This document shows, piece after piece, positions 43,891 to 57,654 of a stretch of 64,000 nucleotides of DNA. A model generated the notes under the pieces. That model had not been told where the DNA came from. It searched no databases and was given only the letters and a program-made list of their open reading frames with translations. Source of the stretch: Octopus vulgaris (taxonomy: Eukaryota); NCBI GenBank assembly GCA_951406725.2, contig OX597821.1, positions 96,038,001 to 96,102,000 on the forward strand, in the 5' to 3' direction. Numbering within the stretch: position 1 is the stretch's first letter; each line of letters opens with the position of its first letter. The position numbers were made by a program, and so were the translations under genes.

Positions 43891-44699
43891 TCTCCTCCTC
43901 CTCCCCCTCCTCCCCTCCTCTTCCTCCTCCTCCTTCTTATCACCGGTTTAAGATACGCTTTATTACGCTATCCTATCAAAGTCTATCAGTGGTCAGGACA
44001 GATTTGCAGTAGGGCATATAAAGAACGCCTCTCCGAAAATCACTAGACTTCACAATTTCCTTTTTGGATTCTGTCTATAACAGCCTAAATACCTTAGCTC
44101 CTGCCAGTACACTACGGGACATTTTCATCCAATATGTCGTCCATTTAAAATACCAATCCTTTCGTCTTAGCAACTCGGTGTATTTTGTCTTTCACGGCTC
44201 ACACTTTTAGGCTTTTTCAGACTTTCTTACACATTCCGCAGACATATTCTACGTAAGTACTGAATTCTTCAGCCTCCATACATCTATATTCAAAATGAAT
44301 AATGATGACAGCAACGATAGTTATGATTATACAAACGAAAGAAGCAATAACAACGGTAATATTTTATATAGACAGCGGAGGTATACAGTCGATTTCCCCG
44401 ATCCTTAAGGATTCAAAATAATTGGCACAGAAGAATAGATCTTGTAGATGATTAAATCAATTCAAGTAGTTAACTGTTACATTTTAAAATCAAACCCGAA
44501 ATGACGACAAGTTTGTTAGAGCCGATCCCCGACGTAATTTCAAAAAGTGATATTAAAGAGCCATGAAATCTTGCCAACTTTTGGCACAACACTCACAATA
44601 ATAGAAACTTCTAACTTAGATAAAGAGATATGACTGGCAACTATTTTATTTTAACACGCTACCATTTCTGCCTCTTCACCACCCACTCTCTCTCCCTCA

Positions 44700-44754
<55 letters not shown>

Positions 44755-45074
44755 TATATATATATATATATATACATAAATAAACACACACATATATATT
44801 TCATAGATGTGTGTGCATGTGTGTGTGTACGTGTGTGGGCGTATGTGTGTCTGTGTGTTTATTCTTAGTTTGGCGTAACAAATGGAAAAGAAAAGTATTC
44901 AGTATATAAAACAATATTTAGATCATAATCGAAGCTTCTCAAGTTGTGGATTTTTCATTTTATTAGTTCCAATAAACGAGAATACTCTGTGTCGCTGTTT
45001 ATTGAAATAACAACTAAGAGTAACTATTCAAAACACTAATAATATTACTACTACTAAGAATGATGATGATGATG

Positions 45075-45113
<39 letters not shown>

Positions 45114-45115
45114 TT

Positions 45116-45267
<152 letters not shown>

Positions 45268-45287
45268 TGACAATGATAATGATAATA

Positions 45288-46420
<1,133 letters not shown>

Positions 46421-46443
46421 ATAATAATAATAATAACAACAAC

Positions 46444-46509
<66 letters not shown>

Positions 46510-47405
46510 TAATAATTAAATAATGATTTTCTTTACGATGTCAGTGCTTGACTGGTACTTTATTTTATCGACCCCCAAAAGATTGAAAACAAAATTTGAC
46601 CGAGTTTACAGCTTGAAAACAGAAAATAAGACGATAAATTTAACTACGATCAGACACCTCGCCCAACGCTCTACTAAGTCAACCACCTCGCTGCTCAATA
46701 TCACAGTCAGCACTACCGATGCCCTTTGTTCACAAATGTGCTTATTTCCTGCTAAATTTCTTCTTGTAATCTGCATATCCCGCCATCTCTTTCCTGCTCC
46801 CCATTTCAACCTGTGTAAAATTTCGCCAATTTTTTTTTTAATGTTTAAAGAGAGATGGCATTCACAGGAAGAAAAAAAAATTTAATTATAACGAAGTTAT
46901 TTACGTTAAAAAATACATAGATAAAAAGAAACAAAATATGAATGCAACGAAAACAACACACACTCATGCATAAAATACATATATATATATGTATATACAT
47001 TATTCTATACACACACACACACATATATATATATATAAACACACATAAGATGAAGCTCAGAACTCGATTAATAATATCACGTTATATTTTACTTTCAATA
47101 TTTAAAAAGTAAATGAGTTAAAAAGAGTGAACAGGAAAGGGGAGAAAAGAGACAGATAGACAGAGAGAAAGACAGAGAAGGAGATAGAGGGATAGAAAGA
47201 GATATAGAGAGAAAGAGAGAGAAGGAGAGGGTGAGTAGTTGAAGGAATTTAGCTGGTGAATGAGTGAGTGAGTTTATTGGTGAGGTGAAGAAATAAGTGA
47301 AATGAGAAAACAATTACTTAAAGAATATATAAAAAAGAACAAACAAAGGCTTTGCAATGATTGGAGAGATAAAATATATAAGTAAATATATAAACATTTC
47401 CAATG

Positions 47406-47407
<2 letters not shown>

Positions 47408-47439
<32 letters not shown>

Positions 47440-47461
47440 TGTATGTATGTATGTATGTATG

Positions 47462-47492
<31 letters not shown>

Positions 47493-47575
47493 GCATGTAT
47501 GTATGTATGAATATATATGTATGTATGCATGAAAATATGTCTGTATGCATGCGTATATAAAAGTATGTATTCAGG

Positions 47576-47611
<36 letters not shown>

Positions 47612-47810
47612 TGTATGTATGTATGTATGTATGTATGTATGTATGTATGTATGAATGTATGTATGTGTGTATGTGTGTATGTATGTATGTATGTATGTAT
47701 GTATGTATGAATATATGTATGCAAACATGAAAATATGTCTGTATGCATGCATGCGTATATAAAAGTATGTATTCAGGTGTGTATGTATGTATGTATGTAT
47801 GTATGTATGT
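47408..47810. repeat. (TATG)n array containing a duplicated ~80-bp interruption
   Basis: gaatatat.tgtat...catgaaaatatgtctgtatgcatgcgtatataaaagtatgtattcaggt occurs at about 47510-47577 and 47708-47778. Confidence 0.85.
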
Positions 47811-48150
47811 TAGAGTGTGAATGTATGTATATTTCTATGTATGTAGGTATACACGTTTCTATGTATGTATGTATGTACGGATGGATAAATATATCTGCAT
47901 GTTAAAGTGTTTATGTTGTCCTTCATCTTGGATTTCTGCACACATTAATATTGCACGTATATATATATATATATGCATGTATATATATGAATACATATAC
48001 ATATCTATGTAATATGCATGTATATATATATATATGCATACATATTAACATGTCCTTATATGCATAAGAACATATATATATATATATATATGTGTGTAAA
48101 TGTATTATGTATAAACACGCATGCATGCATATATATATATGTGTGTGTGT

Positions 48151-48258
<108 letters not shown>

Positions 48259-48549
48259 TAAATTGATTAAACAACAGAATATCAAATGATGTATCTAAGA
48301 TTACACATGAAATTTACGGTAACAATAATAATAATAATAATGATGATAATAATAATAATACCAATAATAATGTTAATAATAATATTAATTAAAGTTCACT
48401 TTTCTATACTTCTCACAGAGAATAAATGCGTGTGTGTGCGTGTGTGTGTATATGTGAGCGTGCGAGAGCGTGTGTTTGTGCGTACATAAAAATATGACAC
48501 AATTTCAAACATACATGCATACATATATACATACATACATACATGCATA

Positions 48550-48643
<94 letters not shown>

Positions 48644-49038
48644 TATATATATTTACATTCATACACGCAAACAGGCAGACACATACATATGAATATAAGC
48701 AAAATGCTCCACCAGGGATAATGTAAAACGCATACATCACACTCTTACACAAGGTTAGAGTTACAAATATGCATCCTTCCAGCCATCAATCCATACATAC
48801 GTACACTGACATATATATGTTCACATTCAAATATACGTTTGGTAAATTCCAAGCGGAATACGTTGAAATAGAAAAGACAGCAAGGGCAATGAAAGACTTG
48901 TGATGGTTTCCCGTGAGAAGACTATTAGAGAAAAAGAAATAAGTATCTTTCTATCAATGTATGTATGCTTGTATGTATGTATGCATATATTTTATCGTCG
49001 ATGGATGGATATAGATACTTATATATACATATACATAC

Positions 49039-49074
<36 letters not shown>

Positions 49075-49206
49075 GTGTATATATATGTATGGGGAGGAGG
49101 AGAAAACGGAGATAGAAAATAGCTTTCTGAAATTGTCATCATTGTAGTGTTAGTCGATTTGTTGCAGCGTGCAATTAATTAAAGATACTTAAATGTACCG
49201 ATGTAC

Positions 49207-49359
<153 letters not shown>

Positions 49360-49457
49360 TAAATTTAACAATCCATCGCATGCAAACATATGTATATTTA
49401 TGCGTGTTTTTAATCATTAGAGTACACATTCGCGCCGTGTACACATAAATACATACA

Positions 49458-49506
<49 letters not shown>

Positions 49507-49543
49507 GTATATCTATATCTATATATATATATATATATGTATG

Positions 49544-49581
<38 letters not shown>

Positions 49582-50106
49582 CATATATAGGCACACACAC
49601 ACGCACACACACACACATACACACACATACACACACATATATATATATATATATGATCTTACATTTTTAACAAGACGCAGCGAGATATCAGTATTTTTCT
49701 GTTCGATGTATGCACCATTGAAAAAATGACAATAACACGGTTTAAGTAGTTTACCGTCAAGTTTTTTTGTAACTTGCGGATTTTGCTTTTTTTATTGTAC
49801 TTGTTCAGCATTACACCGAGTTTTAACAACAAAATATTGAGAATGATTGATGCAGACTCGAAACGTAAATCAAAAATAAAGAATTACATATACAAATGAA
49901 ATATATAATAGAAAGGGGTAGATAAATATCATTCGACATTATCTGTACAGCTTGAACAGCACAATAAAAAATAAAATACGCAAGCTGTAATATTAAAAAA
50001 AAAAATATATCTAAGAATAAAAAATAAAAACAAAAACTTGATGATAAACTAGTAAAAAATAGAAGAAAAAAAAATAATGTGCCATTGTCGTTTTTGCAAT
50101 GGTAGA

Positions 50107-50235
<129 letters not shown>

Positions 50236-50260
50236 ATATATATGTAGATATATGTATGTA

Positions 50261-50317
<57 letters not shown>

Positions 50318-50820
50318 ATATATAACTATATGTACACATAGACGCGCATTTATGTATATGCTTATATGTAAATATATATATATATATATACATTTGATAG
50401 TGTTATTTTTGATTGATTGTTTATTTTTCGTACAAAACACCTAAGTGTTCTATATACAGCCCTGTTAGAAATGTGTAGTGTCTGTTACTAGCTTATGTGG
50501 ATAAACAGGGTTATGTTCTATTACCTAATGGTTTCGTGCGATCGATTTCTTTTCCAGTCAAGCGTGCTGATCAACGAGTCTGAAATAATAAACATTTACT
50601 GAGTATATTTAAACGTGTTGGATGCCTTTTACTGGTCACGTGATCGATAATGTCGTATGGCTTACGTGAATTATAATGACCAGTCAATTGAATACAACAC
50701 TCTTTAGTACCTAAATTGTTATTTTGTTATTTTAGACTCACTGATAAATGTACTGTTACACATAGGATTACATTCAATTGCACGAAAACTTTAGGTATGG
50801 ACGAATAGTCCTGTTTACCA

Positions 50821-50881
<61 letters not shown>

Positions 50882-50910
50882 AATATATATATGTATCTAA
50901 TATATTCGTG

Positions 50911-50951
<41 letters not shown>

Positions 50952-51033
50952 TTACACACATCTTTATATGTATATGTACACATATGTCATCACGCGTGTA
51001 CTTGCATATATGCAGTGGTTATTATTATTATTA

Positions 51034-51064
<31 letters not shown>

Positions 51065-51421
51065 GATTATTATTATTATCATTTTAAAATTTATATATAC
51101 CATCTTTATACCATTGATAGACATCAATTATTCCAGAATCTTCTTTCACTTATAGAATTCACACACTCAAACACACACGTACGCACCCACGCACGCACAC
51201 ACACACACACATAACCACGCACATATGTACATATTTTCTTTTGATAATTTTTCCTGGTGAATGTTTTATTTGACACGTCTCGTTTTTTCTCATTATTTTG
51301 TGATTTAGTTTTGTAATTTTGTATATTTTTTATTGTTATATATTTCACCTATCCTTTTGATTTTGTATTTGTTGTTTGTGTATTGTTTTTGTTTTAGTGT
51401 TTGTGTATTTGAATTTATATA

Positions 51422-52489
51422 TCATAAACGTGTTTCAGGCTTGGGCTCAGTTAGGTCTAGTGTTCGAAAAGAACCATTTCTGCTTATGGTTCGGTCTGAG
51501 TCCATGTCGTCTTCCATACCATTGTCTGAAATTGATGTACGGTCGGCATACGGTAGAGTCGCGTATAGCGGATTGTTCATTTTATGAACGGCCACAGTGC
51601 CATTCATGAAGGTTTCCAGAACCACAGACGAATTGGACGAGCGACGATCAAAATTATTGGTGGGATCGTGGTGTTCGAGAATCTCGGATCCACCTTGGAA
51701 TGTGCGACTTACCCGGCGTTCGCTGGAGCGCGATCTGACGTGTGTGTAAAAGAGGGTGAAATTGTTCGAGATGACAGGGATGGTGAGGGCAACTAGGAGC
51801 ACTCCACTGAGTGCACATCCAGCACCGACAATATAGCCAATCGTGGAAGACGGATAAACGTCTCCGTAACCAACCGTTGTCATGGTGATGATTGCCCACC
51901 AAAACCCCATAGGGATTGTGTTGAACGAATCGCTAGCGTTCGTTGCATCTTTGCGTTCTGCGTAATAGATCATTGTAGCAAATACAAGCATAGCAATAAT
52001 CATAAATATAGCCAACATAAGCAGTTCTTGAATGCTTGCTTTCATGGCATAAACTAATATTTTTAGCGCTTGGTAATGTTTAACAAGATGGAAAATTCGA
52101 AACATGCGAATAATACGCAAAATAAACATAATTTCCATCACAAGTCGTTCATTTAGATAACAGAATTCTGGATCAGTTGAATGTAGAATGACTTGTACGT
52201 AAAGTGGCACGAGAGCCAGTAAGTCTATAATATTCATTAAAGAACGAACGAACTTCAATTTCTGCGGAGCAAATATAAATCGGGCTATTAACTCCAGTGT
52301 GAAGAAGATGGTACAGATGACATCAATGACGTTTAGCGCATCATGGGACTGCATCACTTGCAGACTTTCGCTAGTCTCTCCGTTGCATTGCCGTGTGATG
52401 TTGGTGGGGCCTCGGACTTGAGGCAGCGTTTCCAGGCAGAAACCCAAAATGGACAGGACCACGAAAAGAAACGATGTAATTCCATATAT
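51422..52489 (-). CDS. Large, probably terminal coding exon of a Shaw/Kv3-like voltage-gated potassium channel subunit (S1-S6, pore, C-terminus)
   Basis: Open frame IYGITSFLFVVLSILGFCLET...LRIIRMFRIFHLVKH (S4)...FATMIYYAER (Kv3-type S5 end)...GFWWAIITMTTVGYGDVYP (selectivity filter)...ALTIPVISNNF (S6)...ETRL*. Polypyrimidine tract plus AG acceptor (cttttctttttcctag|ATA) at 52490-52505 on the minus strand, phase 0; TGA at 51422-51424. The N-terminal T1 exon was not found, so the gene likely starts beyond 64000. Confidence 0.95.
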   Translation of the reverse strand: MYGITSFLFVVLSILGFCLETLPQVRGPTNITRQCNGETSESLQVMQSHDALNVIDVICTIFFTLELIARFIFAPQKLKFVRSLMNIIDLLALVPLYVQVILHSTDPEFCYLNERLVMEIMFILRIIRMFRIFHLVKHYQALKILVYAMKASIQELLMLAIFMIIAMLVFATMIYYAERKDATNASDSFNTIPMGFWWAIITMTTVGYGDVYPSSTIGYIVGAGCALSGVLLVALTIPVISNNFTLFYTHVRSRSSERRVSRTFQGGSEILEHHDPTNNFDRRSSNSSVVLETFMNGTVAVHKMNNPLYATLPYADRTSISDNGMEDDMDSDRTISRNGSFRTLDLTEPKPETRL

Positions 52490-52565
52490 CTAGGAAAAAG
52501 AAAAGATGACAATCAATGGCAATAAAAGCATTAGCATCACTAGCAACAACAACAACAACAACAAC

Positions 52566-52675
52566 ATGACAAAAATATGGCACTCTACTCATAACATTGA
52601 CCTGGACTTCTAACTTATTGTTTCTGGATGAGACCGGAGTCAGTTTGTACAAATACAAGGCAAAAGTCAAACATA
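52566..52675 (+). mobile_element. Isolated 3' UTR of the R4/Dong-like family
   Basis: cttctaacttattgtttctggatgagaccggagtcagtttgtacaaatacaaggcaaaagtcaaacataataat matches about 60850-60935. Confidence 0.6.
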
Positions 52676-52768
52676 ATAATAATAATGATGATGATGATGA
52701 TAATAATAATAATAATAATAATAATAGTAATAATAATAATAATGATAATGATAATAATAATAATAATG

Positions 52769-52858
<90 letters not shown>

Positions 52859-52871
52859 AATAATAATGATG

Positions 52872-52920
<49 letters not shown>

Positions 52921-52922
<2 letters not shown>

Positions 52923-53317
52923 TTTATAGGATTGAAGTTACTCATCAAGAAAGTATAGAAGCAAAAAAAAAAAAAAAAACCAACAAAGAAGAGTGCCATT
53001 GTTATCAAGTGAACGATATTTCCACATCTTGTGTGTCTTCCACAGGTTAAAAAAGATAAACTTGTCAATCTACTTCATTTTGGTAACATTTATACGACTG
53101 AGATAATTCCCCCAGAAACTATAGAAGCAAGAAAAAAAAAAAGACACACGAGATGTCAAAATATATTTCACTTGATGACATCTTTTATTTATTTTTTTGC
53201 TTCTGTACTTTCTGGAGGAGTAACCTTAATCCTAAAAATATTACCAAAATGAAGTAGATTGGCAAGTTTGTTTATTTAACCTGTGGAAGTCGCACGAGAT
53301 GTCGAAATATCGTTCAC

Positions 53318-53319
<2 letters not shown>
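52921..53319. mobile_element. Tandem-plus-inverted array of a ~150-165 bp unit carrying a variant hammerhead (family B)
   Basis: Unit aagtgaacgatatttc.acatct.gtgtgtcttccacaggttaa...cttcattttggtaa...agaaagta.agaagcaaaaaa occurs at 53007-53140 and partially at 52921-52979, and inverted at 53192-53319 and partially at 53141-53180. Flanked by (TAA)n. Confidence 0.6.
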
Positions 53320-53369
<50 letters not shown>

Positions 53370-53378
53370 TGATGATGA

Positions 53379-54608
53379 TTCATTCTTTTATTGGCCACAA
53401 GAGCTCACATAAAATTACATTAAAAGACATACAACAACATAAAAGACAAAAACAGGACGATACAATAGGGTTTACGACGTGTAAACAATATAGATAATTA
53501 AAGATTAAACAATTTAAAACTCCCACCAGAGGAGGCGCTTTAAGGACCTCGTGGAAAAAACACAAAAGCTACGAGGGCAAGAGCCCTTCACCTTTTGTGT
53601 ACAGCTGCGCGCTCAGAATTGATCCTTTCACACTGGCCATTCATCCAACATTCACACACTTTTCAACAAACTTGCTACAAGGTAACAATTTCCTCTCCAC
53701 CATCAACTTCCTTTTCAAGTGAAACTTGAAAAAGTTGAAGCGGGCTTGGTCAAAGAGAAAAGTGTCTGTGTGTAGCCCTTTCAAAGGGGTTCACCATACT
53801 ACCTCTTTCGCTACAGCCACTAGACAAATAAAACTTGCCTGCCCCTCACAGCCAAACGAGGCTCGCGGGGTAATCTTCCCAATGGATTCAGCTGATAGGT
53901 GGATCTGTCCCACACGAACAGCAGGTGTTTGACATGAACCCACAGGTCAACAGTACTCGGGAACTGAACTAGGGCGTGCAGAACGGTTTCATCCTTTTGG
54001 GCGCACCTCGGGCAGGCCCGGCTGATGGTACGTCCGTGCCTGTAAAGTTTATCCCGAACAGGCAGCGCCTCTCGGTAGCACTGTCAGGCAAGGGATTTCT
54101 GGACATTATCCATTGGGCCAAGCCCGAAAGTTCTCCGAAACAGACCGGTTAGTTGATCTTCATCGACGCTCAGAGTTACCCCGAGAAAGTCGTCGCACTT
54201 TCCCTCCACTAGCCCTCTTTTTAACGCTAGAGTAGAGCTACCATCGACTGCATTGCCCGCCTAGCAGATGGCTATGAACGCTTGACGGCACACGAGGTGC
54301 CAAGCGCCCTTTCACGGTCTACGTATAATCCAGGATTGCAGCTCTGTTAAAGAGACGAGCTGTAGAAAAGTGTGTCTTACAAACGGAGACCACACCTGCT
54401 CACCGTCAAGGAAACGCTGGAGATGCCGCAACCTCAGCGCAAGTCTGCGCATCAGTAACCATGGCAAGCCCAGCCCTCCATTCAGTGACTGTTTATAGCA
54501 GATAGAGCGCCTGACCAGTGGAACGCGCCCCTTCCACAGAAAGCAGAAGAGCAAGCGCACCAGCTTGGTCAAGCAGCAAACAAGGCAAGAGACGACAGTC
54601 AAGCGGTA
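53379..54608 (-). mobile_element. Tx1/L1-clade LINE 3' fragment (post-RT region with zinc-finger-like motif)
   Basis: LLFCFLWKGRVPLVRRSICYKQSLNGGLGLPWL and ALPVRDKLYRHG...CPRCAQKDETVLHAL on the minus strand; stops present; flanked by trinucleotide repeats. Confidence 0.75.
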
Positions 54609-54616
54609 TAATAATG

Positions 54617-54683
<67 letters not shown>

Positions 54684-54685
<2 letters not shown>

Positions 54686-55077
54686 TAGTTGTCAAAGATC
54701 ATGAAGAAAAAATGCTTTCTAATTGATGTATCAATACCGGCTGATGACAACGTGTCTCTAAAAGAAATGGAGAAACTCTCAAAATACAAAGACCTGGAAA
54801 TAGAGGTAACCAGAATGTGGAATCTAAAAACAGAAACAATTCCTATCATAGTAGGTGCATTAGGCATGATAAAAAAATATTCAGACAAATACATAACAAA
54901 AACACCAGGACTTACAAACACATATAACATACAGAAAATTGCACTACTAGGCACTGCACACATCCTACGCAGAACACTTTCCATACAATAACCATCAGAG
55001 CATCACAACAAATCACAGCACATACCCAAGGCACACGCTCGGTAGTGAAGTGAAAGCACGCTATAAAAATAAAACTA

Positions 55078-55080
<3 letters not shown>
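54684..55080 (+). mobile_element. R4/Dong-like LINE 3' fragment (RLE C-terminus) inside (TAA)n
   Basis: KKCFLIDVSIPADDNVSLKEMEKLSKYKDLEIEVTRMWNLKTETIPIIVGALG...QKIALLGTAHILRRTLSIQ*; (TAA)n on both sides. Confidence 0.85.
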
Positions 55081-55175
<95 letters not shown>

Positions 55176-55181
55176 CAACAA

Positions 55182-55365
55182 TCCTTTCTGCTATAGGCAC
55201 AAGGCATGAAATTTTTAGGGAGGGGACTAGTCGATTACATCGATCCCAGTGTTTTACTTAATTTATCGACCCCGAAAAGATGAAAGGCAAATCGACTTCG
55301 GTGGAATTTGAAGTCAGAACGTAAAATTGGGTGAAATTCCGCCAAGCATTTTATCTGGCGTGCGA
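55182..55365 (-). mobile_element. SINE family 1
   Basis: Family-1 motifs. Confidence 0.8.
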
Positions 55366-56099
55366 CGGTAATAACAACAACAACGACGACGATGATGATG
55401 ATGTATACTTTTATTGTGAAAAGTGCCTTGATGAAACACTACAGTGTAATACAGAAAAATATGAAGCAATAGTAATAAAGAACGAATAAGCACTTGTAAC
55501 TTACTACGAGCTCATTAGATAGTTATTTAAATCTCTTCCAGATGAGGGGAAGACAAAGTAGAACCGAGTAGATTTTGAAATCAAAACGTAATACATTGTT
55601 TGCCTGACGCGTTCTATCACTTTCCTACCACACGCACATACTCACGCACTCACAGGTGCTCACAAATTCAATAAATAAAGTAGCTTAAGTGAGAAACTAG
55701 TTTATAAGACGCACACCTCACCTCTTCCATCAGAGGAAAATAATCTTACTTACCCACTCCTTATACTTATCCGTCTACACGAATATAGCTTTCGAAAGCA
55801 CTACTTCCCACCACACACAAATATAAGCTCTTTAATATACACAATGTTTATGATAGTTATTCTTGTCAAAACATCGCTTTCACCATTAAACACAACAATG
55901 ACAGACAGTTTCACAACTTCGCCAGAACAGCTACCTTGAAATTATCGAGATCGATCTCAATATGGGGATCTTGCTTCTCCAAAGGTGTTTCAGGTTTCAA
56001 GAAGATTCAAAGTTTGTTTCAAAAGTAGTCTGGTGATAAGATGTATGTGTGATCTTACGCTGACAGTGTAAGGTGTTTGCTGTTATGTACATTTAAAAG

Positions 56100-56812
56100 T
56101 GCATTTGATAGTGTGTTTACAAATTAAAATGTTCTTGGAACTACATAGACAGTATTTTTCGTAGGATATGAAAAGTTCCCATGAGGACTATATTTTTAAT
56201 TTCTATTTTTGGATTTCTTAGAATCAGCGCATTTGTCTATCATTCCTAGAGCACCTATGACAACAAATATTTTTCTAGTCTTGAGTTTCGACATTTTGCC
56301 AAGTTCTATTTCAGGATCTTTATACTTGCTCAGTTTTTGATAGGTTTTGACAGATACATTTTTCACTGTTGGCATAATCATATCGATGATGAAACAGAGT
56401 TTTTGTCTGAAATCATCCAATATAATGTTTGACCCATTTACATTTACATTTTAGTTAGTTTGAGCAGAAAAATTCTATAGATGTGAAATATGATCATTTT
56501 CAAGCATCGGGGGTGGTTTGTGTTCCTCCCCGTTTTTATCCTGGGATAGGCCCAGATACTTGTAAATTACCCACTAAATATACTGTGCTGCTCTATTATG
56601 CCTGTGGAAAGTCTGAGGACGCAAGAAGACTGCACATGGACACAAAATGATCGATGGTTGTTTACACACACGACACGTTGGGCTATGGCCGTCCTGTAAG
56701 ATGTTGGTCTGGTAGCATCTTGTAAATAGGCACTGGCCCTGGGCTGGTTCCATAAACAATTCTGTTTCTGATTTTAAGGCAGATGCTAACTATTGATGGA
56801 TAAGAGCTCTGT
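56100..56812 (-). mobile_element. Decayed R4/Dong-like LINE fragment, same family as 59613-60932
   Basis: Minus frames: PTCRVCKQP, RHNRAAQYI, CFIIDMIMP...KLSKYKDPEIELGKM...VVIGALG. Confidence 0.75.
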
Positions 56813-56813
56813 C

Positions 56814-56865
<52 letters not shown>

Positions 56866-56995
56866 TATATATATACAATCAAGGCAATTAAGATTCAAGT
56901 CAATTCCAATGAATTTACTTGAATATGGTACTTAACTTAGATGGACCAGAAAAACTATATGGTGTTAACCATACAGTAATGTGGGGTGATTATAA

Positions 56996-57201
56996 ACGAG
57001 AAAGAAGCAACAAGAATGGATTAGTTTTTAGTACAATTGTTTCATACAAAGACAGGCTTTATTACAAGTTGCAAAATTGCAGCAGATAAAAGTGTACGGG
57101 ACACTTTTATCTGCTGCAATTTTTGCAACTTGTAATAAAGCCTGTCTTTGTATGAAACAATTGTACTAAAAACTAATCCATTCTTGTTGCTTCTTTCTCG
57201 T
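56996..57201. repeat. ~100-bp-arm hairpin (5-nt loop) abutting (TA)n; probable PLE-type inverted end
   Basis: 56996-57095 is the reverse complement of 57101-57201 apart from a 1-nt indel. The right arm has AATAAA and runs into (TA)n. Confidence 0.8.
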
Positions 57202-57263
<62 letters not shown>

Positions 57264-57271
57264 TAGATATA

Positions 57272-57594
57272 GATACAGCATAGTTTGTTTTCTTTTTCAA
57301 TTAAGACTATGTCTGGCTTCCTATTCTCTATCTCATGGTCGCACTGAATCATAAAATCCCATAGGATCATTGTATTTTTATTTTCGACGATGGCTTCAGG
57401 TTTGTGGTCATATCAATATTTGCTCTTTCATGTTCATACTTGTTGCAAAGTGTCCAATGGACAAGCCTAGCTATATTGTCTTGGAGTCTCTTATATTCCT
57501 TCAGGGCTAGTGGCGTACATTGGCTGGTAATATGCCTTACGGTTTCACCGTTTTGCCCACAGATTATCACATTTTTAAAAATCTGTGGACAAAA
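57272..57594 (-). mobile_element. R4/Dong-like LINE fragment (zinc knuckle to PD motif)
   Basis: ICGQNGETVRHITSQCTPLALKEYKRLQDNIARLVHW and ILWDFMIQCDHEIENRKPDIVLIEK; small hairpin at the truncation point (57551-57594). Confidence 0.75.
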
Positions 57595-57652
<58 letters not shown>

Positions 57653-57654
<2 letters not shown>

